The notes under the pieces: generated by a model
What the model was told of the DNA's origin: nothing
The model's database searches: none
What the model saw: only the letters and a program-made list of their open reading frames with translations
Source of the DNA: a virus
Taxonomy: Duplodnaviria; Heunggongvirae; Uroviricota; Caudoviricetes
Reading direction: 5' to 3' (one strand)
IMG/VR virus record: IMGVR_UViG_2706795421_000001
Coordinates: 1 to 22,246 of that record
DNA: 22,246 nucleotides
Made by a program: the position numbers and the translations under genes
In this document: positions 1 to 7,645 of the stretch, piece after piece
Layout: every line of letters starts with the position of its first letter
Numbering within the stretch: position 1 is the stretch's first letter

Positions 1-46
1 AGCCATTGGTCCCTCCTCTCTGTCAAGAATTCTGTAACATTCACTA

Positions 47-720
47 GGTCACGTCGTGACCCATTGTGTAACAGTCAGCAGACTGTCATTCGGGCAGGGG
101 CATTTGCCCCCTTCCTGCCCTCCTAAACTGACTGGCTTCGTCGAAGCCTTCCCATGCCACCAGCCCGATTATGTAACAGCCTGGCCATGACCATGGCCCA
201 TTGTGTAACGGCATTGCATGCCAGGATCACCAGACAGCCTCAGCCAGGGCAATTGTGTAACCATTCCCCATCCCAGCAGCAGAATATCCCCAGCCAGGAA
301 GCCCATGACCACCCCCATTGCATCTCAGGTGATCAGCCCCTGGAATACGGCCATTGTGTAACGGAACACAGGGACACCAATGCCTACCCATGCCCTAGTA
401 GGCTTCTTCGAAGCGAGCTAATGCCGGCGTCTCTCTACCCTAACGGGAAGAGTTCCCCCTTTATTATGGCGACCGAATAGAGAATGCCCGGTTCATGCGG
501 CCTGTAGGCCATTACAATGGCCAGCCATGGGAAGGATTGCATTACACAATAGGCTTGCCCTCACCCATGAATTGACAGGCCTCTACGAGGCTAGCCAGGC
601 TCAGCTAGTGAGCTTGAGTTACACAATTCATCCTCACATATTGCCCCACTCCCCATGCCACACCCCTGACATTCAACCCCATGCCCCAGCTTCAGCAGAT
701 ACATTTGCTTCGACGAAGCC
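47..720. repeat. Non-coding repeat and palindrome array (candidate terminal repeat, packaging or origin region)
   Basis: CCATTGTGTAAC at 61-72, 198-209 and 351-362; CAATTGTGTAAC at 250-261; ATTATGTAAC at 168-177; reverse copies ATTACACAAT at 541-550 and GTTACACAAT at 618-627. Palindromes at 47-61, 134-148, 507-522 and 707-720, with a degenerate copy at 401-414. The ORFs here lack a convincing RBS. Confidence 0.85.
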
Positions 721-790
721 TGGATATTTCCAGATCATGACGGCGCCTCATGGCCACCCTAGGGTCTTGTTAAATACCCCGGCTGGCTAT

Positions 791-852
791 CTGGAATTTG
801 AAACTGGAAGTGGCCCAGTCCATACCCCCGGCGGCCTCGCTGGAATTTGAAA
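791..852 (+). repeat. 13-bp direct repeat CTGGAATTTGAAA (2 copies) upstream of the first promoter
   Basis: Exact copies at 791-803 and 840-852; related CTGAAATTTT at 951-960 and CTGAATTGAAAA at 976-987. Confidence 0.75.
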
Positions 853-990
853 ACGGATGCCCTCCCCAGTCACACCCCAGGCTAGTTTCCCCAGGATGCC
901 CCCAGATATATTCCCCAGGCTGGTGCCCAGGAAGGGTGCCCCATGCTCATCTGAAATTTTGGCGGGGGTGGGTTTCTGAATTGAAAAATG

Positions 991-1019
991 TTGACAGGCC
1001 CCTGCCGGGGCTTCACAAT
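991..1019 (+). promoter_or_regulatory. sigma70-type promoter (first early promoter)
   Basis: TTGACA (991-996), 17 nt spacer, CACAAT (1014-1019); followed by SD GAGGAGG (1041-1047) and ATG 1054. Confidence 0.8.
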
Positions 1020-1053
1020 GGCCCCACATTCGCTGCCAGAGAGGAGGCACCCC

Positions 1054-1485
1054 ATGGTTTTGTTTATGTATGATGTTGACCCCAGCTCCCTGCCTGAAGG
1101 GTGCTATGAGGCTTACCTGAAGACTCCCCACGCCATCCGTGTTGCCCTGTGTGAGCTGGCTGACTGGGCTAAAGAGGGATGTCCTCGGCACCCTGTGTTT
1201 GGAATCGGTCAACGAATCTGCCACAATGTAGGGAAATACCTTCTCACCTTGGGGGATTACACCCCTACCGCGATGGTGAACTGGAAGCTGGAATACCTAA
1301 TGTCCTGGGCTGGGTTTTCCAGAGGGCACCCCCTCCCCTTTGAGCTAGGTAATAAACGGGATGAGAAGGGAGAGTATTACGATAACCCCAACAGGTTGCG
1401 TTTCCTGGACATGGTGGTTATGATGTCCAAGATGTATTACAACGATGAGATGAAGCGTTTGGAAGGAGGGAAGAATGATGTGTGA
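1054..1485 (+). CDS. Hypothetical protein, paralog family member 1 (143 aa)
   Basis: Start moved from 988 to ATG 1054 because of the SD and the promoter position. Motifs WAKEG, RICHN, LPFE, YDNPNRLRFL. Confidence 0.88.
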   Translation: MVLFMYDVDPSSLPEGCYEAYLKTPHAIRVALCELADWAKEGCPRHPVFGIGQRICHNVGKYLLTLGDYTPTAMVNWKLEYLMSWAGFSRGHPLPFELGNKRDEKGEYYDNPNRLRFLDMVVMMSKMYYNDEMKRLEGGKNDV

Positions 1486-1816
1486 GAATGTGCGTTTTGT
1501 ACTGGCTGTGAAGCTCCTCCGTCCAAAGGTGAAGGAGGGGTTGGCCAGGATGGTCAAGTGGTACAAGGAAGGGATGCCCGATGACTTCACCTTTTCCAAG
1601 TACACCCGGCTCTGTACCAACATCCTTCTTGAGACAAGTGTTGCGCATGCCCTGGACGAAGTGTTCTGGGACTATGGCCTGTCATTCGTCCACTCGTACC
1701 CGTTCGAGGAAGGGAAGCGGACAGATGACCCGGAGGACATCTACAAGAACCCTCTACGGGTCCAATTCCTGCTGGATGTCGGTGCTGTGTTGAAGGAGGA
1801 AGGATATGACTGCTGA
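1475..1816 (+). CDS. Hypothetical protein, paralog family member 2
   Basis: SD AGGAGGG; start 1475 or 1478; overlaps the previous gene. Motifs WYKEG, RLCTN, YPFE, YKNPLRVQFL. Confidence 0.88.
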   Translation: MMCENVRFVLAVKLLRPKVKEGLARMVKWYKEGMPDDFTFSKYTRLCTNILLETSVAHALDEVFWDYGLSFVHSYPFEEGKRTDDPEDIYKNPLRVQFLLDVGAVLKEEGYDC

Positions 1817-2180
1817 GCCAACCTACGCTGAACGTGTTGCTGATTTGAAGGGGGCCTGGGACAGGACTGACAAGGCCCTCCAAGAGGTGCTTCGTGAGTT
1901 CGTAGCATGGTACAAGGACGGGTGTAGGAGTAGTGACCGTTTCACCCGTTACTGGCGTATCTGCACCAACGTGAATAACCACTGGGATAGTGGGCCCTAT
2001 GATGACTTCGAAATGGGCAACCTGTTCATCGCTGCTGGGTACCACTACGTCTGCTTCCCGTTTGAGCAAGGGGAGCGCCTGGATACCTCGGACAACATCT
2101 ACGATAACCCTCACCGCAGGGAGTTCCTGGACCTGCTCCATGAGGTGATCCAGCAGGAGGCCCAGAATGGAGCTGTCTAA
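1806..2180 (+). CDS. Hypothetical protein, paralog family member 3
   Basis: SD AAGGAGG; motifs WYKDG, RICTN, FPFE, YDNPHRREFL. Confidence 0.88.
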   Translation: MTAEPTYAERVADLKGAWDRTDKALQEVLREFVAWYKDGCRSSDRFTRYWRICTNVNNHWDSGPYDDFEMGNLFIAAGYHYVCFPFEQGERLDTSDNIYDNPHRREFLDLLHEVIQQEAQNGAV

Positions 2181-2529
2181 GCAGTTCGTTGCCACCCTGA
2201 TGGGTGTGCCCGTGCCTGTGAAAGAAGCTCTCTTCGAGCTTGGCAAGTGGAAGCAGGAGGGGTTTCCTGATGGCCATAAGGTGTTCAAGAAGACTTACCG
2301 GCTGTGCGATAACCTGGTAGGTTTCCTGGAGTATCGGTCTCTGGACCAATCCCTCCTTGCACCGTGGTGGTCCTACACGTCAGCGTTGTTCCTGGCTGCG
2401 GGGTACCCGGGAGGGTCGTATCCCTTCGAGAATGGAGAATACCTTGACTGGGCGGATGAGCTGTACGATAATCCGAAGCGTCTGAAATTCATCGACATGT
2501 GTTGGGAGGTTTTGAATGGAAATGGGTGA
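2167..2529 (+). CDS. Hypothetical protein, paralog family member 4
   Basis: SD AGGAGG; motifs WKQEG, RLCDN, YPFE, YDNPKRLKFI. Confidence 0.88.
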   Translation: MELSKQFVATLMGVPVPVKEALFELGKWKQEGFPDGHKVFKKTYRLCDNLVGFLEYRSLDQSLLAPWWSYTSALFLAAGYPGGSYPFENGEYLDWADELYDNPKRLKFIDMCWEVLNGNG

Positions 2530-2860
2530 TTATGTGTGGAAAGAGCTTGCACCAGAAGTGAAAGAGGGGCTGTTGGCCCTGGTGAAATGGAAGGATGAAG
2601 GCTTCTCCGAGCATCCTTGCTTTAGCCGAAACTCTCGTCTGTGTAGGAATTTGGCCTCTTTCTTGGAGGCTAAAGGTATGCAACGGGGAGAGGTGATGGT
2701 ACTGACAATCGAATCCATGTCAGGTTTATTCCTGGCTGAAGGTTTTAAAGGGGCGTACCCTTTCGAGAAGGACAAGAAGAAGAAAGACCTTCAGCACATG
2801 ATTTACACCAACCCCCATCGTCTCGAATTCATTGAAACTTGCAGGAGGAAACTGGCATGA
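2516..2860 (+). CDS. Hypothetical protein, paralog family member 5
   Basis: SD GGGAGGT; motifs WKDEG, RLCRN, YPFE, YTNPHRLEFI. Confidence 0.88.
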   Translation: MEMGDYVWKELAPEVKEGLLALVKWKDEGFSEHPCFSRNSRLCRNLASFLEAKGMQRGEVMVLTIESMSGLFLAEGFKGAYPFEKDKKKKDLQHMIYTNPHRLEFIETCRRKLA

Positions 2861-3759
2861 CCCTAGACCTAAATAGAGCACCTGCTTCGGCTACCCACTA
2901 CTCCGTTCGGACGGACTCTCCCTTTACAACCTTCTGGAGAAAGGAAGGTGATCTGTTTACCCGTATATGGGTAGCTGATGCAGAGGGTTTGCGTCTGCCA
3001 GAAGGGCGTACTCCCACACCTTACGAGAAAGGTGTTGCGAGTGTTTATGCCAAGCCCTTGCCATCCCCTCCTCAGGATGTAGTGGATAATCCTGTCATAG
3101 CTTCCTACCGAGAAGCGTTCAGCCCCGCCCCTCAGGTTGCGTCGGGAGAACCCCGGGCACGTGGGAAAGTGGACTACAGTAGTCTGGACAGCTACGTCTG
3201 GAGCCAGGCTCCACTTCAGGCCAACTTCTTCTCCCTGGGGTTGAACGGGGAGTTGAACTGCTGGCTGCGCGTTGAAGAAGACAAGATCGTAACGGTTTGG
3301 ACGGAGCAGGGTACGGTGTATAACTATCGATCATCCGACCGACAACCTTCGGTACCTGGTCCGAGATTCCCCCGCCCCCAGAAGAAGGAAGAGGCCTCCC
3401 CTCAAGAGTGGGACGGTGAAGGACTCCCTCCTGTCGGCTGCACCGTCCAACTGGTGGACATCTCTTCTCCTGTGAGCCCGCCTTTCGATGAGTGGTTGCT
3501 TGGGGACTACCTGGAGGTGATCGCCCACAAGGAGGTTTGTGGAACCGTTCGTCCTGTCGTGTGGAATGACAGGAAGCAGACGGGATCGTCCATCCTTCCA
3601 AGGCTGATTAGCCCTGTGTCCCAAGAGACTCTGGCTGCCGAGAAGGAACGCCAGCAAGGTATCCAGGAAATGGTCTCTTTGGTGAGCAGCATGGACCTTG
3701 CCCGTGCCCTGGAAGTGCTGTATGATGCAGGCTATCGCAAACAGGAGGCCACCAAATGA
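2857..3759 (+). CDS. Modular hypothetical phage protein (300 aa)
   Basis: Start moved to ATG 2857 (ATGA overlap, SD AGGAGGA). Two AP-x-x-A-x-[HF]-[YF]-S segments, a WDGEGLPPVG segment and a C-terminal LYDAGYRK, all recurrent in phage hypothetical proteins. Confidence 0.82.
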   Translation: MTLDLNRAPASATHYSVRTDSPFTTFWRKEGDLFTRIWVADAEGLRLPEGRTPTPYEKGVASVYAKPLPSPPQDVVDNPVIASYREAFSPAPQVASGEPRARGKVDYSSLDSYVWSQAPLQANFFSLGLNGELNCWLRVEEDKIVTVWTEQGTVYNYRSSDRQPSVPGPRFPRPQKKEEASPQEWDGEGLPPVGCTVQLVDISSPVSPPFDEWLLGDYLEVIAHKEVCGTVRPVVWNDRKQTGSSILPRLISPVSQETLAAEKERQQGIQEMVSLVSSMDLARALEVLYDAGYRKQEATK

Positions 3760-4403
3760 ACACCCATGAACGACTGCTACGTGCTGTGCAAGCTCTGCCT
3801 CGGGACCTGATCCCGTCCCTGCATGACCTGGTGGCCTGGTACCACTCAGGCTGCCCGGATGGGTCCCCGTTTAACACCTCCCGTAGGATATGCGGGAACG
3901 TATACCAACACCTCATCTGCGAAAGAGGGGTGAGTCCTGAAAGGGCCTGTGATCTGGAGGACTGCCTGTACTCTCTTTACGGGGCCTTCCTGGATGTTGA
4001 CCTCAGCGACGAGGGGTTCCCATTCGACGACGAAGCGACAATCTACAAGAACCACTACGACAACCCGCTCCGTCAGCGGTTCCTCCGACTGGCCCTGGAG
4101 AAGCTTTCAGGGCCTAAGGTGGAGGTCAGTGAGATGATGGAAGACGCGCTCACAGCCGTGGCCCGCTGGGCCATTTTGAAGGAGTCCTTCCCCTGCTTCG
4201 AACCTCGGTTCCGAATCTGCTGGAACGTGGAGAACTACCTTACCTGGTTAGGGAAGAGCGAGGCAGAGGTCGCCAAAGCTTATCAGGAGTTGTCCAAAGT
4301 CTTCGGCGTCATGTTCCCCTTCGAAAGTGAGGAAGGGTTTGACACAGAGGGAGAGATTTGGAAGAATGATCGCCGACTCTCTTTCCTGGCTCAATTTATC
4401 TGA
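3756..4403 (+). CDS. Hypothetical protein, paralog family member 6 (two tandem domains)
   Basis: ATGA overlap, SD AGGAGG. Domain a: WYHSG, RICGN, FPFD, YDNPLRQRFL. Domain b: RICWN, FPFE, WKNDRRLSFL. Confidence 0.88.
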   Translation: MNTHERLLRAVQALPRDLIPSLHDLVAWYHSGCPDGSPFNTSRRICGNVYQHLICERGVSPERACDLEDCLYSLYGAFLDVDLSDEGFPFDDEATIYKNHYDNPLRQRFLRLALEKLSGPKVEVSEMMEDALTAVARWAILKESFPCFEPRFRICWNVENYLTWLGKSEAEVAKAYQELSKVFGVMFPFESEEGFDTEGEIWKNDRRLSFLAQFI

Positions 4404-4412
4404 GGAGGTGAT

Positions 4413-4760
4413 ATGCGTGATGTGACCCGCTTTACTCAAAAGCAAGCCCACCTTTATGGTGGACGGCTGGGCATTCGAGACCTCCAATTGCACCTTCAAG
4501 GGCAGGGGATGAGCGCTGATGAGGCATTCCATAAGACTCGATTCCTCATTTCCAGCTCTGGTGTGTCCTTGCACCACTCCACGGTTCGAGACATTGCAGG
4601 TTACTGCTGGAGTGCGGGATTCACTTTCGTGGATATCCTCCCTCTTCTCCGGGCTCACGGGTTCAGCCCCGCCCAGTGTTGGGATGAATTTCTGCGGGTG
4701 TGGTGGTGGTGGGAAAACAGTTACCGCCAGGACATGGAGGGCAGTTTGAGACATGAGTGA
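4413..4760 (+). CDS. Hypothetical protein
   Basis: Strong SD GAGGAGGTG; fills the operon without a gap. Confidence 0.8.
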   Translation: MRDVTRFTQKQAHLYGGRLGIRDLQLHLQGQGMSADEAFHKTRFLISSSGVSLHHSTVRDIAGYCWSAGFTFVDILPLLRAHGFSPAQCWDEFLRVWWWWENSYRQDMEGSLRHE

Positions 4761-4977
4761 CATTTACCAAGCTCAAAAGGAATTTGCCAAAGCCTGCAAT
4801 AGCACGTCTGTGGCAGTTTGGTGCAGGTGGACCCAGGCCGGAGGACTCTGGTTTTCTGACTGCGGCATGGAATGGGGCTTCATTGAAGACGGCCCTCAAG
4901 AAAATGAAATGAACTACTGCCCTAAGTGCGGTAAGATGCTACTATCAAAAGGATGGAATGAGAATGCAGGGAATTAA
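4753..4977 (+). CDS. Small Cys-motif (putative zinc-binding) hypothetical protein
   Basis: Overlaps both neighbours; WCRW, SDCG and YCPKCGK motifs. Confidence 0.75.
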   Translation: MSDIYQAQKEFAKACNSTSVAVWCRWTQAGGLWFSDCGMEWGFIEDGPQENEMNYCPKCGKMLLSKGWNENAGN

Positions 4978-5260
4978 ACTGAGCGATGCCATAGTTCAGG
5001 GCATGGGCAAGGCGATTTCAACAGGAAAGCTCAGCACTATGTGCTACCACTTGATAGACCTATTTCCTGAGGGGCACCCTACCCTGAAGGCCTTCGAATG
5101 CTGGCTGAGCACCCATCTACGGACGGAAGACGGGGGCTTCAGTTTTGTCCGTACCATGCTTGAGGTTAACTTCGCGGAGCTTAACCCTGACATCCTCCTT
5201 ACCCGACGAGACCTTGGCCATCTGTGGTGCAACTTCTATGTGTGGCTGTCTTCGACATGA
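4958..5260 (+). CDS. Hypothetical protein
   Basis: Overlapping start (4958 or 4964); continues the operon. Confidence 0.72.
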   Translation: MRMQGIKLSDAIVQGMGKAISTGKLSTMCYHLIDLFPEGHPTLKAFECWLSTHLRTEDGGFSFVRTMLEVNFAELNPDILLTRRDLGHLWCNFYVWLSST

Positions 5261-5314
5261 AGCGAAAAGGCCTTTGACACCTTCTGTTTAAAATTACATT
5301 CCTGGGAGGAATAG

Positions 5315-5503
5315 ATGAGCGAACGACTTCGGAGACTGGAGGCTGAGTATTCACGTGTTGAACGTGAATGGGGCGGCCTGGCCAGGTATGAGCTGGAGAT
5401 GCTCAGGATACAAATCGATTCTGAAAAAAGAATCAGTGAGGGTAACTGGTATCGGTCAGTCTTTGGATGTGGGAACGCATTCCACGGGAGGAAGTACGAC
5501 TAG
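5315..5503 (+). CDS. Small hypothetical protein (62 aa)
   Basis: SD GGGAGGA just upstream; ends before the hairpin at 5524. Confidence 0.75.
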   Translation: MSERLRRLEAEYSRVEREWGGLARYELEMLRIQIDSEKRISEGNWYRSVFGCGNAFHGRKYD

Positions 5504-5523
5504 CTTACCATGCCAGACGTTCA

Positions 5524-5575
5524 AGGGTGCTGGAGGGGTTGACATCGGGTAGCCCCTCCGGTACCTTGTTTTCTT
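5524..5575 (+). terminator. Intrinsic terminator-like hairpin
   Basis: Arms 5524-5538 and 5553-5567 pair over 15 bp with three G-U pairs; followed by GTTTTCTT. Confidence 0.7.
5539..5567 (+). promoter_or_regulatory. sigma70-type promoter embedded in the hairpin
   Basis: TTGACA (5539-5544), 17 nt spacer, TACCTT (5562-5567); SD GAGGAG and ATG 5598 follow. Confidence 0.72.
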
Positions 5576-5597
5576 GACTTTAACTGAGGAGATTCCA

Positions 5598-5987
5598 ATG
5601 AAAACTTATGAAGCTTCTGTGCTGTTCGATGCCAGTCTGGCAGGCTCTTTATCTGTTGAGGCCAACAGTGTTCAAGAGGCCATCAACCTGCTAGAAAACA
5701 AGGTGGGTTACCACTCCCCAACCTTGTGCTACCAGTGTGCCGGCCACCTGGACCTTGGGGACATGACGGGTATGGTGGTATACTGCGAGGACAAAGAGGT
5801 AGCAGACACCACCTACGCCGGTGAGGTCATACGCACGCTGAACAAGAAGGTGAAAACCCTGGAAGAGGACCTCAGCAAGGCATACAAGCTGCTGAGTGAA
5901 ATCCGTCCCAGCATCCCTCAGGATGTCCTGAAGCTGTGGTGTGAAGACCGAGATACCATTCTCTCTGGCATGAGGAGTGCTGAATGA
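5598..5987 (+). CDS. Hypothetical protein (129 aa)
   Basis: Start moved to ATG 5598 (SD GAGGAG at 5586-5591); contains CYQC. Confidence 0.8.
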   Translation: MKTYEASVLFDASLAGSLSVEANSVQEAINLLENKVGYHSPTLCYQCAGHLDLGDMTGMVVYCEDKEVADTTYAGEVIRTLNKKVKTLEEDLSKAYKLLSEIRPSIPQDVLKLWCEDRDTILSGMRSAE

Positions 5988-7186
5988 TGGAAAACCGTAA
6001 TGGGGCCGCTGAAGCAGCTTGCCCGAAGTGCGGAGGCTCTGGTCACGCGGATTCTGGAGGTGTTCAATCTTGGGGTGAGCCTATCTCCATCCCCTGTGAT
6101 TGCCTAACCGAGCAGGAAGAGTTCCTGGCATGGGCCAATGAGGAATACGAGGTTGAAGAGGGCTACGAGTTGAACGAAAGCAACCCCGCCGTAATGGAAA
6201 ACAAGAAAGGCTGGATGGCCCGTGCCGCCCTGCCCAAGCGTTCTAAATTCCGCCAACACCTGGATGAGTGCGCCGACGAGGTTGATACTTGGCCCTCTTA
6301 TAAGCGTGAAGCCCTGAAGAACCCCTCCCCGAAGTGCTCGACCTGCCACGATCAAGGCGAGGTGTTCATCGGCCCCGGAAAGGTCGAATCGCACATGCTG
6401 GAAGAGCCGGAACCGATCTACGCACCGTGCCCTGACTGCGAGCAACCCTCCCCGTTGCAGTCCGAGCAGGCAGAGGCGGAGCGGCCGGAGGTAATCAGGG
6501 TTCCGTCATGTGAGAACAGTTATGGCTTCGGATATGTGGACGGAAGCTGCCATGTTGATTTGCGGAAGTACCGCAATCACCTTGAAGACATCCTTGATTC
6601 GCTCCCGAACGATGAACCACTGATGACCGTCTCCCAGCACGAGCGCATCGGCGAGGCTCTCCGGTTCGAACGCCAGCAGATGGACCGCGCTTTCACTACG
6701 TGCATCAACGAGCGCGACGCTGCCCTAACCAGGGTGGCGGAGCTGGAGGCGAAGCTGGCCGAGTTGGAGAAGCAGAAGCCACTGCTACACATCAACCCTC
6801 TTGTGGTTGACGAGTTGTTGGGACGGGCAAAGCGCTCGCCCGGTGGCCTTACTTGGTCGAAGGAACCGTGCGGGCCTTGGACGCTCCCTCTCTACACTGC
6901 GCCCGCCCAGGCTCAGCACAGCGTGCCGGATGAACTGCGCGCCATCTGCATGCTCGTTGCGGAGACCGGAATCAAGTACGGGCGAGGCCGTCACCGAGCA
7001 GTAGCGGCGGACGAGTGTCGAGCGGTTGTTAATGCTGTCCTCGACGCCGATCTCAGTGTCGGACGCGCATGCGAGTACGCCGGATGCTGCGACAAGGCGC
7101 ACCCAGGAACATCGCTCTGCATCGCACATCACTCGAAGAAGGCTCAGGAAAAGCTACTAGCCGCCGCGCCCGGCAAGGAGGGGTGA
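5984..7186 (+). CDS. Mosaic multi-module phage protein with several CxxC motifs (400 aa)
   Basis: ATGA overlap, SD AGGAG. CPKCGGSG, CSTC..CPDC and CEYAGC..CIAH motifs plus a coiled coil (VAELEAKLAELEK); resembles module-shuffled genes of temperate Pseudomonas phages. Confidence 0.8.
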   Translation: MMENRNGAAEAACPKCGGSGHADSGGVQSWGEPISIPCDCLTEQEEFLAWANEEYEVEEGYELNESNPAVMENKKGWMARAALPKRSKFRQHLDECADEVDTWPSYKREALKNPSPKCSTCHDQGEVFIGPGKVESHMLEEPEPIYAPCPDCEQPSPLQSEQAEAERPEVIRVPSCENSYGFGYVDGSCHVDLRKYRNHLEDILDSLPNDEPLMTVSQHERIGEALRFERQQMDRAFTTCINERDAALTRVAELEAKLAELEKQKPLLHINPLVVDELLGRAKRSPGGLTWSKEPCGPWTLPLYTAPAQAQHSVPDELRAICMLVAETGIKYGRGRHRAVAADECRAVVNAVLDADLSVGRACEYAGCCDKAHPGTSLCIAHHSKKAQEKLLAAAPGKEG

Positions 7187-7187
7187 G

Positions 7188-7418
7188 ATGAACGCTGTTC
7201 AGGATGCCGGTGGAACTCGAACCGGCCAGGCTGGCGAGGTCTTCAGATGCACGCACTGCCGCACAGGCTGCGACTACTGCGGCGGAACTGGATTTCGCTC
7301 AGTCTGCAACAAAACCGTTTGCCACGAATATGGCTGCTCGCATGGAACCTGTGTGGCAACGCGACAGGAGTTCGAAGCATGGGAGAGGCGTCGGCGCAAC
7401 AGCAAGGAGGGGATGTGA
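7188..7418 (+). CDS. Small Cys-rich hypothetical protein
   Basis: SD AAGGAGG; CTHC, CDYC, CNKTVCHEYGC. Confidence 0.72.
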   Translation: MNAVQDAGGTRTGQAGEVFRCTHCRTGCDYCGGTGFRSVCNKTVCHEYGCSHGTCVATRQEFEAWERRRRNSKEGM

Positions 7419-7645
7419 TGGCTTTTCTCTTCGCATCTGGCGATCCGCGCGGCGAACCGAAGCTGACGCTTGAACAAGACGAATTTGGAAAATGGGAGTG
7501 GCGTATATGGTGCCCGCTCGGTGCTCGACCTGAGCGCCAGGCGCAAGCTCATGCTTTAGCAGAAAGACTCAACAGCCCGACTGGGCGCCTCAGCAGGCCT
7601 CGTCATGAGTCTATGCCACCACGAAAGGAGGTAGGTCATGAGTGA
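7418..7645 (+). CDS. Hypothetical protein (75 aa)
   Basis: Start moved to ATG 7418 (TGATG overlap, SD AAGGAGG). Confidence 0.65.
   Translation: MAFLFASGDPRGEPKLTLEQDEFGKWEWRIWCPLGARPERQAQAHALAERLNSPTGRLSRPRHESMPPRKEVGHE

Noticed and set aside
572-600. TTGACAGGCC identical to the start of the 991 promoter
   Set aside because: No -10-like hexamer at 16-18 nt spacing.
61-627. CRISPR array interpretation of the repeats
   Set aside because: Units are only 10-12 bp, irregularly spaced and in both orientations; no cas genes.
154-850. ORFs 154..480, 527..850 and 798..1073
   Set aside because: They lie over the repeat array, lack a convincing SD, have Pro/His-rich low-information translations and are upstream of the first promoter.
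787-4763. Minus-strand ORFs such as 787..1224, 1587..2288, 3119..3601 and 4248..4763
   Set aside because: Antisense shadows of a tightly packed plus-strand operon with strong SDs and conserved motifs.
5266-5300. TTGACA at 5274-5279 overlapping the palindrome AAAGGCCTTT as a promoter
   Set aside because: The best -10 (TACATT) is only 15 nt away. It may be a weak or degenerate promoter but is not supported well enough to call.
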